From: the human T2T-CHM13v2.0 reference genome, Homo sapiens
NCBI RefSeq assembly: GCF_009914755.1
Contig: NC_060932.1
Length of the DNA stretch: 64,000 nucleotides
Reading direction: 5' to 3' (one strand)
The notes under the pieces: generated by a model
Seen by the model: only the letters and a program-made list of their open reading frames with translations
Database searches by the model: none
Told to the model about the DNA's origin: nothing
Part shown: positions 39,488 to 51,930 of the stretch, in pieces
Numbering within the stretch: position 1 is the first letter of the stretch
Layout of the letters: each line of letters opens with the position of its first letter
Position numbers and translations under genes: made by a program

Positions 39488-42292
39488 GATATACTAAAGA
39501 AATTCTTTTAGAATATGGAAGAATAGGACTCTATGCAGTTTGTTTTGTAAGATCAACATAATGTTGTTATATCACAATCTTAAAAAGGCATTACAAGAAA
39601 AGTAAATTCTAAGAAAACATCTCTAATGAATATGGGTACAAAACTCCCTAAAAAAACTAACACTACATAAATATAATACATCATGATTAAGTGAAGTTTA
39701 TTTCAAGAATGCAAGATTGGGTTTGTTAATTGCAAAGACCATAATTTACCTTATTGACAGAATAAAGGAGAAAAAACCATAGAACCATTTCAATAAGTTC
39801 CAAAAGAAAAAAAATCCAACATTTTTCATAAAAACTCAACAAATTGCCAATAGAAAGGGAACTTCTTAATCTATAAAAGGGCAAAATAAAACTTACAATA
39901 ACTTATTTGTTGATGAAATTTTGAACATATTTTACAAATATTTGTTCTACTGATTCTAGCAGTATAAAAAGGCAAAGAAAAAAGCATACATGTTGAGAAG
40001 GAGTAGTGAGACTTGGTTTTTGCAGGTGGCATGATAGTTTACATAGAAAATCTTCCTTCTGGAATGAATAAGTTTATGTATGTGTGTACATATATATATG
40101 TTATATATGTATATACAACACGTATACAAATATTGGTTGTATTTCTATATGTTATCAATAAATAATGGAGAAATAATTTCATTTACGATACCATCGAAAA
40201 GCAAAAAATATTTCAAAACACATTTGATGAAATTTGTCCACGTACTCTATTTTAAAAACTACAAACCATCAATGAGACAAATATTTAAAAAGACCTAAGC
40301 GAAGAAATACACGTGTTTATGCATCAGAATATCAATTATTACCAGTTTGGCTCAATGATTCAATGCAATCCCAATCAAAATCCTAGTAAGATCTTTATTG
40401 GGAACTGATAGGTTGAATCAAAATTGGTATCAAAATGTAGCAGACCCAGAAGAGCCAAAACAAACTTGTAAATAAGAACAATGGATTACATACACTACTT
40501 GTATTATATATTATACATTATATATTATGTAATATATAATATATGTAATTATATATTAAATATACATTATATATACAACCTATGTACACTATACAGATAT
40601 ATAATGTTAGAAGAAATGTGAGAATTGTAAAGGCAAAAAGATAATGTGTTATACACATTTTATATTATATATATGTATTTTTTTCTAGCTCATCAAGGTA
40701 TCATTAATGCAAGATTTATTTCATTGATCTCCATAGCAAAAAGTATAATTTATGTGCATAAACTTGTATCTTTATTTGGGCTCTGAATATAACAATAAGT
40801 TTTTGCTATGTTACTTCAGTCTTAGCAATTATAATTTTAAGATAAAAATGTTCATAATTAGAAAAAACAGAAAAACTGGATGTACTGACATTATATGGGT
40901 CAGCAAAATTGGTAGGATCCAGACAAGATATTTAAACTTTTTTTTGTTTAAATATATTTTAAATAGGGTTGTAATGAACATAAAATGTTTGAATGCATGC
41001 AAGCCACTTAGAACAATGCATGGCTATATAATTGTTAGCTAATATTACTATTAACACAGCTTCATCCAGTAGGGATTCCTGGTGGGTTTGGACAAGCTCA
41101 GATTGGAAAAAATTATCTCATTAGATAATTCCAATATATTGATAGACCACCGAGGTAGGGAACATGATCCCTCCCCCAATGCCAGTCATAAGCAAATAGG
41201 GATTCCTGAGCATCAAAGGAGTTCAGAGCTTGGCCACCACTATGTTACTTCTCATCTCGAACCTCTGACTCTTACATTATCATATCCTTGAGACAGGCTT
41301 CTTCTTTGCAGCAGTTGAAGCCATCATAGAGATCTCCCACAGTAAAATATTTGAAATTCTTTATCAAGCACGTCTTTTCCCACCTTAATGACCTTGGAGA
41401 CATCTATTACATACCTGGGTGATTTGAAGTATACTAGATCACCTAACCTCTTTGAGTCATCTATAAAATGGGAACCACAATCTTTGAACTGACTACTTGT
41501 ATCTGTTGTTATTATGACCAAAGAAAATCATGTATGCAAAAGTCGTTACTTGTGCAAGACATTATCATAATTTTTGTCCATGTTACTGCTCTATTTTCAT
41601 TTGTAGCTTGACAACATTTAAACATCCGCCCCAAATCAAAAATATGTTATTATGCAACATTCTAAAATGTTAAGTTGCAAGCTTTATGGGAATAAAATTC
41701 TTTGTAATCAGGATGTTGGTCGTGATTTCTTAGTTTTAGGATCATAAATTAAATCCTATGTTTAGTCAATCCTTAAATATTGTCTTCATAAGGCTCTGTA
41801 TATATTCTATTTCTCATTCCCTCCAGATGCATTGGGTAAACAATTTCTTCACTGTTATTCCCACAGTTTTGATTTATAGGCTGATATTCAACTATCTAAT
41901 AAACAGCATCTGTATCTTATGCAGAGTTTAGTTTTCAAATTTTTTATGGTATTCATATATTAAATGAATATTTTAAACATCTATTATCATCATGGTGCTG
42001 TGGTCCTGAAGGGTGCCCCAGGATATATAACTCCATTTTTAATGGATTAACAAACTGCAACTTCCATCAAGACACCAAATTGGAAGATTTATATAGTGGC
42101 TCAAGCTGAACCTTAGAACTCATTCTAGATTCCTCTGTGTCTTCCAACTGGGAGTGGCTACATACAATCAATCAGCAAGTCTGATAATTGTGTAAGCTAA
42201 GTATCTCTCAAATATGTACCTTCTTTAAGATCATTTGTTCCCCCATAACTTGGCCTCTGCATGTGTTATAAGTTTTATATCACATACCTATT

Positions 42293-42705
42293 ACTTTTTT
42301 ATTATAAAGTTCTGGGATACATGTTCAGAACGTGCAGTTTTGTTACATAGGTATACACATGCCATGGTGGTTTGCTGCATCCATCAACCCGTCACCTACA
42401 TTAGGTATATCTCCTAATGCTATCCCTCCCCTAGCCCCCCACCCCCCAGCAGGCCCCGGTATGTGATGTTCCCCTCCTTGTGTCCATGTGTTCTCATTGT
42501 TCAACTCCCACTTATGAGTGAGAAAATGTGGTGTATGGTTTTCTGTTCTTTTGTTAGTTTGCTGAGAATGATGGTTTCCAGCTTCATCCATGTCCCTGCA
42601 AAGGACATGAACTCACCCTTTTTTATGGATGCATAGTATTCCATGGTGTATATGTGCCACATTTTCTTTATCCAGTCTATCACTAATGGGCATTTGGGTT
42701 GGTTC
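42293..42705 (-). mobile_element. L1PA 3' end
   Basis: Antisense L1PA7/8 3' UTR. Confidence 0.9.
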
Positions 42706-43177
42706 CTTTATGTTACGTTCAAGTCATGAGGAACATACACTTCAACAAACAGTATGATTTTCTATATACTCATGGTTTTGCTCATAGTACCAGCTCCACT
42801 ATTCCTTTTCCAGGTATTATCTGATTCTCTCCACCTATCAAGTGATATGGCCTTTCTAAAATTGATTTCAGCACAATACACAAATATCAATCATAATACT
42901 TCATATTTGTACAGACTACCTGTTTGTGGTTGTGTCTCCATTATTAGACTTTATTGTGGGAATATGTGAATAGCAAGGACAGTATCAGTCAGCTTAGAAT
43001 CCTTAGAAATGTAGTAGCAATTTATTAGAAACACAACTTTAATATGATTTCAATAAATATTCAACTGCCCTAGCAATACTAGTTGTATAATTAATAAGCA
43101 AATTAGTTCCCGCTAAATAGCCAGAAAGCAAAATTGTCCACAGCAATAATGGTCACCAAAAGATAGCCAAATCTCAT

Positions 43178-43936
43178 CCAGTAGAGAAACTGCTGAATCA
43201 AGTGGTAGTTAGACTTTTAGCTCTTTATGGAATCTCCACACTGTTTTCCATAGTGGCTGTATTAGTTTCCATTCCAGCCAGCAGTGTAGAAGTGTTCCCT
43301 TTCACTGCATCCACACCAACATCATCTATGATTTTTTTATTTTTTATAATGGCCATTCTTATGTGAGTAAGGTGGTATTTCATTGTGTATTGCATGTTTA
43401 TAGCAGCAAAATTTACAATTGCAAAAACGTGGAACCAGCCCAAATGCCCATCATTCAAAGAGTAGATAAAGAAACTGGTGTATATATGTATATACCACAC
43501 ACACATATATGATGTATACCATACATACATGCATATATACCATATATATGCACCACATATACACCATGTATTTGATGGAATACTACTCATTCATGAAAAG
43601 GAATGAATTAATGTCATTTGCAACAACCTGGATGGGATTGGAGACTATTATTCTAAGTGAGGTAACTCAGGAACAGAAAACTAAACACTGTATGTTCTCA
43701 CTTATAAGTGGGAGCTAAGCTATGAGGATGTGAAGACATAAGAATGATACAATGGACTTTGGGGACTCAGGGGGAAAGGATGGGAAGCCAGTGAGGAATA
43801 AAAGACTACTAATTGGGTTCAGTGTATACTGCTCAGGTGACGGGTACACCAAAATCTCACAAATCACCACTAAAGAACTTACTCATGTAACCAAATACCA
43901 CCTGTTCCCCAAAAACCTATAGAAATAATAAAAAAG
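43178..43936 (+). mobile_element. L1PB-type element with 5' inversion (inverted ~43178-43388, sense ~43390-43936)
   Basis: Antisense ORF2-end segment joined to sense 3' UTR and A-tail. Confidence 0.75.
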
Positions 43937-45137
43937 AATATGTTTAATGAAGAATTAAAAAAAAAATAACTGATGCTAAAAGGACCTGCGAGCAAAGAAG
44001 GTGGTACACATGAATAATTTCAAACATCTGTAGAAAACACACACAAAAATAATGAGTAACATGGGGGTCAAAATCATGATAAACTAAAATACTTGACAAC
44101 AACATGTAATGTGCTAAAGGGTAGGGCACTGATAAGAGTTCACCATTCCAGGATTCTTTTATTATTTGATGATAGAGACATAATTAGCATTATACTTTGT
44201 TAAAATATTAATGGCGGGTCATAAAGGATATAAGAAGGATGCCTATCTCTGGACCAGAAAAAGAAATGCAAAATTATAGAGAAAATGCTACTATTTTAAA
44301 GGAAGGTAGAACAGCAACAAAATGAAGAATAGACATAGAGAGGGGATTTTTAAAGTTCCAATTAGATGTTAGGAAACTCCCAGATGTATCAGTGAAAAGT
44401 TAAGTTCAGCAGTTAGAAGGTATGGGTTTTTAGATTGGGAAAACTATACATAATGATTTAATTTGGCCCTAACTTTCTGAAAAGCACTGAGTCAATGTTT
44501 ATCAATAATCTCAAGTTGATTTACCCTTTTTAGCTAAATAATAGCACTTCTAGACATTTATCCTGAAGTCACCAGAAATTCAATTAAAGAAATATACACA
44601 ACCAAACATTACATGGACACTCAACACACACATATGTAGAAAATATGATATTCTAAAATCACTAAAATTATGTCTTAATATTCAATGTCATGAGAATGCT
44701 TATGTCATAGTGCCATGGAAAAAAAAATAAGTTTCTTAAACCCTTTGCCCAATAAGGTTAGCTTTCCTTTTCTGCATAAGAAGATGAAAATAAATTGTAA
44801 AAACGTTAACAGAAGTTATTTCTTGATGTCGGATCATTGGCAGTCAACTTTTTTCTCATAATAAACTTGTGATATTATAATCATGAAAATCTACCATATT
44901 TGTCAGAGAAACATTCTTATTGTATAAGGTAGAACTCAGAAAGTACACCTCGAACATACTTCATATGTTGTATAGTTCGGTTAAGGCCAGCACTGTCAAG
45001 GTTATTTAAATTTCTTGTACATTTCTTATACATGCACATTTCTTTACAATTTTACATGCATGTGCATATGTGTGTGTGCAAATGCATATGAATTTTATAA
45101 GAATCTTGAGGCAGTTAAAATTATCAGCATCCCCTGT

Positions 45138-45635
45138 TGACTCATTAGGAGACTGAATGTTAGAGAGATTTTCAGTATCTTGGTTTGTAGGACTTTACCT
45201 GGTGCTTTTTAGATTCTGTGTTCACTGTGACAGTATCTCAAAATATGTACAGAATACTGATATATGTCCTAAATATGTGGATTTATTTCTATAAGGATAC
45301 TGAACAACAATCGTAATGGTCCAGTTTGGTGAGTATGTAGATATGCACGTGACCACCTCAGTCTCAGTTCACACATTCCCACTGCTTATAGGAGCACCAG
45401 GGGCAAACAGTGTCCAGATGTGAGTCCTCAATGAGCTATAACCACAGCCATAAATATCTCTCAAAGATGAGGAACATTCTCATGATGTTGACACTGCAAT
45501 TTTTTGACAATTTCCCAACACTCTTAAGAAACATTCCCCAATCTCACACGAAAAGTGGGGGTTTTAATTTTCTTGTTCAACTTCTAAAGAGAAATTGGAG
45601 AAGATAAAACTGGACACTGGGGAGACCACAACTTC
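45138..45635 (+). promoter_or_regulatory. ADAMDEC1: ADAMDEC1 proximal promoter / 5' UTR
   Basis: AP-1 TGACTCA 45138-45144; USF/MiT-TFE-type E-box CACGTGACC 45346-45354; TATA-like CATAAATA 45449-45456; no CpG island. Confidence 0.6.
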
Positions 45636-45723
45636 ATGCTGCGTGGGATCTCCCAGCTACCTGCAGTGGCCACCATGTCTTGGGTCCTGCTGCCTGTACT
45701 TTGGCTCATTGTTCAAACTCAAG
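45636..45723 (+). CDS. ADAMDEC1: ADAMDEC1 exon 1 coding part, signal peptide: MLRGISQLPAVATMSWVLLPVLWLIVQTQ(A)
   Basis: ATG at 45636, hydrophobic core, AAG|gtacgt donor, 88 nt. Confidence 0.94.
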
Positions 45724-47924
45724 GTACGTACCATCACACCAGCATTTTACATAAAAGTCAAATTATTTGATGAATGTTTAAAGTGCCTTTTGAAAAAAAA
45801 TGGCATATGTTTTTATGGTCGAAAGACCATTACCATTTGCATTTTGGTAGATTTTCTACCTCTCTGCAAAAGCGAACTATATATACATAAGTATGTGTAT
45901 CTTTTTGAGTGAGGATATTTTAAACCACTATATGAAACATGGATTCTAAAATTTGTCCTATTTCCTCCAATTGTTATATATTTTAACAAATTTTATGTTT
46001 GCACAATATTTTCCAAAATAGAGGAAAAAAAAGCTACATATTGTTCCATTCATTATGTCTTTTCTCTACTAAATAAAATTTTATTAACATCTTCATGAAT
46101 CATGGCTGTTTAAAAAATCTGCACTTTGGGATATTTCCTTGAGAAAAATTCTTAAAAGCAGAATGACAGGGTCAAAATGACTAGTTCTGGAAAAGGAACC
46201 CTTTTTGTCTTTGAGATTGATTATTGATATTATTGATAGATGAACCATTTTGATGACACACTATACACACCCTACAAATAATTTTCAAGTCACTGGTTAT
46301 TTTACTAGTGATCACATAATAAGCATGTTAAAAGCCAAGCTGTAAACCTACGTATTTCCATGTATAAACACATTTGTGCTAAACCCTATATTGAAACAGG
46401 TAAAGTACATAGCTGAGGAGTTATCCAAGCTCCCCACAAAATTCCCACTTGCCTAAAAGTTGCCGTGCAAAAGCTGCACACATACGGCTGGCTCTAGCCT
46501 TCATATTCTTTTACATTTCCTCATTGTGCATCACCAATACTATACCCAAAAGAAGGATAAAATGGAGTAATTATTATACCAATAATTATGCGATATATAC
46601 ACACAGCTTACTGAAGTCTTCAAATTCAATTATTTGATCCATATAAACATATAAAGACAGGCTTATAGTCAACACTTTGTAATTTGCATAATGATTTAGT
46701 AAGGATGTCTCTGGAACTGTATTTCTTATTTAATAACTCTACTAGATCTATTTTCTTTTCTAAAACACACCATCCCAATGACAACACAGAACTAACTTCC
46801 TGGCCAAAAATCAAATCCATGTATTTAAGACAACTTCCGAATCATAGCTCTGCTAGGATGAAAGACAGAGAAGAGTTTAAAATAGAATGAGGGCTAAATC
46901 ATATATAACTGCATTATTAAACAAAAATCAGATGTAATACATTATAATTGCATTATTAAACAAAAGAAAACATTAATTGACCAACTGAACAACTGTGCCT
47001 GTGCTGTCGGATGAGAATTAATTGTACCTAAAGAGAAGTCAAACAACATGTAATGAAATAGAACTTGATTGAAATAAAAAAAAAATCTACATATCTTTTT
47101 TCCCCCCATTCCTCAGAGGTCTCAAAATACTCATAGATACATTTCTAGAAAAGTGAAACTTGTTTCTATTAATATTGTTCTCACAATATTCTGCTGAAAA
47201 AGTCACTGAAATACTTCTGAATTTGATGATAGTCTATGATGCCCATAGTGCCCAAGTAGCCCTACATTTTTAAACATTCCTCCCTATTACTTTAGATAAC
47301 CCAATAGTTAACAATGAAAGCTATTATTTTGGAAGATATTCATTAGGTTGCAGTTAACTATATAATTTTATACCTGGTAATGTTCTTATGTTTACCCATA
47401 CACAATCTTATCTGGTAAATTATTCTTCTTTCAATCTCACAACTTTCTGGAACTTCCATAAAATCTTACCATCATTTTTAACAGTGCATGAAACAATCAT
47501 TTTCAAACAAACTTGTACTCACTGAACTGCTAAGCAAAATGAACTTCAGCATTACATTTGTATTGCTTTATGTGTATAAAACCACGCCAGAAGTTTCTGG
47601 GGGAAATGGGAGGGATTGCAAGAAGGTTTTACTTGGCGTTCTGCCATATTCACCAATCTACTGCTCCTTGTCCCTATATGATCAGCCTTACCTTCTGCTC
47701 CTCTATCTGACCTATCTGTGCTGGCTTAACACCTCCATTTGTCTTCTAGATCTTATCCCTTCTCATACAAGGACATTGACCTAACATTTTCCCTCCTTCC
47801 TACTGTATCTATTCCATATTCTCTATGGAATCATTCCCATCAGCATATAAAAATTATCCCAACTTAAAATGAATATCCTTTTTCTTTCTCTTCTGCCAAT
47901 TAACATCCTAAATTTTCTCTCTCC

Positions 47925-49409
47925 TGCCGGGTCTGTCCCGCAGACCCTGGCTGACCGATGAAGTGAGTACTCAGACACAGGTATGCAGTGTAAGAGCAGC
48001 TAGCTAGAGCTGCCTGGCCCTAGTGGCCAGAGAGCAGCTGTTATGTTTTGCCAGGCCAATTGATTCTGGTTGGCTTGTTGTTCCCACAACTCATCATATT
48101 CTGTTCACCAGAGGGGGTATTTACTGGTCTCTAAAGTTGTTTTAGCTAGCACTGACCAGTCCCATGGGGTCATATGGAAGTTGTCTGCTATGGCCTCAGT
48201 TAATCCTTTCATAAATGGGCTAGTGGCTCTGTTTTCTCTAATGCTTTTTCTTATTTCTTTAGAAGTGTTGAAAGCAATGAGTTCACGTACCTGATTGTCT
48301 TGTTGATCTTGCATCACTGGGCAGGTCAAGAGCTCCCTTCTAATTCCACTTGACTAAGACAGGGTCCCATAACAGTAGTGTATCCCTTGTATTTTTTCCA
48401 ATATATTGGGAGAGAGGGCTCAGGGAAAATATTTGTCTCCTCTGTGGCACCTTTACTCGGTAACGGCGGGGCTGAGGGAGAAGGAGGAGGTGGTAAGGTA
48501 GATGATGGTTCTTCCTCCCTTCCCTTTTTAGGCTCTTCTGTGTAGAGTGGGGACAAAGCAGCCCTGACTAAGGCCCATAACGTTAAAGATGTTACTGGGA
48601 CCCGTTGCCCTTGTGCATGATGTTAAGATTTCTCCCCACTTGTTCCCAGAGCTCTAGGTTTGGCAAGCCTTCTTCTGGGAACCATGGGTTATAGAAAACA
48701 ACAGTTTGCATAAGGTCCCTTAATTGCACCTCTGAGACACAGGCTCTGCTAGCTTTAAGCAGCTGTTTCAATACTTTTATATACTGTTGCTGTTGAGCTG
48801 TTAACTGTTGTCCCATGACAAAACCCTAGCTTGAAAATCCCCTCAAACTTGGAAATCCCCAGCAGGCACCAATTACTTACTGCGCAGTCACTTCACTTTC
48901 ATTCTCGAGGGTTTTGTCACAATCTGTTGCAGCATTCCTCACACAGGGCACCACCTGCTGGCTCTGTCCTGCAGACGCTGGCAGATGGATGAAATGACCA
49001 TTCAGACACAGGTATGCACTGTAAGAGCAGCTAGGTGACTGCCTGGCTCTGGTGTCCAAAGAGCAGCCCGGAGAAGCTGGAGCTGCTTGCTTTTATTCAG
49101 TGCAAGCACAATGCCAAAAACCTGGAGCAAAAACAAACTGTAGGTAATTAACATTTATTGTTCCCCTTTCAGGGAACGTCAGGTGTGCGGATGATCAAAG
49201 GTCAGTTCCAGGTCAACATAAGTAGATGAGCCTGTTTAAGATAAATTCCCCTACACTCCCTGGTACCTACTTCTTGCCCTCTGCCTCAGGGTTATAGAAT
49301 AGCTGCCTTCAGTTATTCTTCCCCGAGGCTCTGCAGAACCTTGAGAACTTTCAGTAGGTTTGCGTCCTTTCCCTATAGTTTTTCCCACCACTCTGACCAA
49401 TCCCCAGCA
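47925..49409 (-). mobile_element. Internally deleted HERV-K(HML-5)/HERVK22 provirus: 5' LTR22 48956-49409, PBS 48936-48953, broken gag ~48039-48816, 3' LTR remnant 47925-48038
   Basis: Betaretroviral Gag MA (MGQQL...PWFPEEG), PSAP late domain and CA-N peptide in ORF track; PBS TGGTGCCCTGTGTGAGGA is 17/18 to the elongator tRNA-Met 3' end. Confidence 0.88.
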
Positions 49410-49900
49410 TTCCCTTTTGCATAAAAAAATCTTCAAACGTACTGTCTATACACTTTCTCTCTAGTTAGTCTCATCCCATTCTCTTCTATCCTACTTCTAC
49501 AGAGTTTTCATCTCCAACACTCCACCAAGACTGCTCTTACGGCTTCAAGGATGTTAAATCCAGTGGTCATTTTGGGGGCATCATATTCTCATGTTTTTCC
49601 TCTCTTTCTTTCTCTGCCTTCCTCTCTCTTTCCTTTTCCATGGCATGAAACACACCATTTCATTTGGTGAACTCCTACCTCACACTGGCCTCCTTTACTG
49701 GTTCCTCCTCTTCTCAATTTCCTAATGTTGGAATAGCCCAGGGCTCAGTGCTTGATACTCTTTTCTTTTGTAGCAGCATTCAGTTATTTGGTGATTTATC
49801 TAATCTTTAGCTTTAAGTACCATCCACAAGAGGACAACTCCCATCTTTTTGCTTCCACACTAAAATGTACACTTTATTTCCAACAAATCCACTTAGATGC

Positions 49901-50326
49901 TGTTTCATGGTGGGCAGGTCTACGCAAATCTGCCCCAAAGCCCAAGGAAGCTGAGATGCCAAAGAAAGAGGCTAAAAGATCCAGTTTCTTAGAAAGCAAG
50001 TTTTAATAAGGACTTACAAAGAGAAGCCATGTCTATGTCCTGAGTGGTGACAAGACAAGACAGATGGTGGATCCCTATTCCATTACTCTCCAGATCCAGG
50101 GCCTTTATACTGTAGGTGAGGGGTGGTTCAGAAGGGATGTACGGGACAATTGAGGTATGATAGCATTACAGTTGTTTGACCCAAGGGCAAGATTTATGAG
50201 AAGTACCTGCTCTTACACAAGGAAAAATGGATACACTGGAAATCTTAGAGGGATCCCAGAACAGGGATTAATCAGAAGCCAACTTGCCAGATTAGCATCC
50301 AAGATGGAGTTGCTTTGGCCTCTACA
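49901..50326 (-). mobile_element. ERVL solo LTR (LTR47-like)
   Basis: TG...CA ends, minus-strand start tgtagaggccaaagcaactccatcttgg; perfect 5-bp TSD gatgc. Confidence 0.8.
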
Positions 50327-51504
50327 GATGCCTAGTAGACATCTCAAAACAATATACCCAGAACCTTTCCCACATATCTGTTCTTCCTTCACCTTTCCTC
50401 AAGTCTGTCAATGGCAATTCTGTTTGCTCAAGGCAAAAATATCTAGTCTTCCTTGATTCCTCTCTTTCTCTCATGTTCTATATCCAATCCTTCACCAATT
50501 CTATTGATTTCACCTTCAAAATATATCCAATATTTGACCACACCTCACTGCTTCCACTGATACCACTTTCATCTAAGTCACCACCACCTCTGTCTTACAT
50601 TACTGCAATATCCTCCTAAATGAGCTCTCTGATTCTACACTTGCCTCTCTGCAGGATACTCTTGACAGATCAGACAGGGCAATCTTATTAAACAAAAGTC
50701 AGATTATGTTACTTCTCTACTCCGAACTCTCCAGTGGCCCCCATTTCACACAGAGTAAAAGCCAAATTTTCTATCAGGTCTTGCACAATCTATTCATTTC
50801 CATAACCAACCTACTTGCATATTCTATTATTCACTCTTCTCATTCCATTCCAGCTAGATCCCTGTGGTTTCTTAAATGCACTCTCTATCCAGGATCTCAC
50901 ATTAAAACCTTATTACTAGCTGTTTCCTCTATCCGGAACTCTTTGTTCCTAAAGAACAATATGGTTCAGTCCCGCATCTTCCTGAAGTCTTGGCTTAAAA
51001 GTGATCATCTTGATGTGACTATCATTACTTCCCTATTGAAAATTGCAACACTCACCTCTAATCCAGCATTCACAATCTCCTTTACTCTGATATATTTCAT
51101 CACCATAGTACTTATCATCTTCCAACCTGTAAATAATTTTTCATAATGTATGCTTCATATGTATAAACATACGTAATATAATATCATTTCCCAATAGAAT
51201 GTAAATTTTATAAGAGCATGGATCAATGTCTATTCTATTATTTTATTTAACCTGACAGCCTCAAACTGTGCGTGGCCTAAAGTCAGCATTCAATAAATAT
51301 TTGTGAAATGAATATTTCAGTTTTCACATAAAAGAAATATCAGAGAAGGTAAGTTGCTTACTGTCTAGAAAAGAATGTAATACGTTTACATTATTTTTTC
51401 TTCTATGTGAAAAATCAAATGTAGTGATTTGAGACATCATAGTTAAAATAAGAGTATAATATTGACCCAATGTCTCCATTTTTAAAATACATTTTTGAGT
51501 ATTA

Positions 51505-51930
<426 letters not shown>

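Larger units (their letters stand above)
32900..40490 (+). mobile_element. Large block of old L1 (L1M) with nested younger insertions
   Basis: A-rich sense L1 with degenerate ORF2 peptides (e.g. 36037..36237 [18 protein letters not shown]); L1M 3' UTR at ~37600-38200. Confidence 0.75.
47640..51313 (+). mobile_element. L2 element interrupted by an HML-5 provirus and an LTR47-like solo LTR
   Basis: L2 pieces 47640-47924, 49410-49900 and 50327-51313, ending caataaatatttgtgaaatgaat. Confidence 0.7.

Noticed and set aside
40495-40680. AT-rich self-complementary stretch (also ~59160-59240)
   Set aside because: Degenerate (TA)n low-complexity sequence; pairing is compositional.
45595-45912. 105-aa ORF overlapping ADAMDEC1 exon 1
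   Set aside because: TTG start, out of frame with the real CDS, and runs through the splice donor.
48105-48816. Functional or domesticated Gag
   Set aside because: Split over three short frames, with the CA C-terminus and NC deleted.
50706-51146. 146-aa hydrophobic ORF in ADAMDEC1 intron 1
   Set aside because: Lies within a decayed L2 and shows no recognisable domain.
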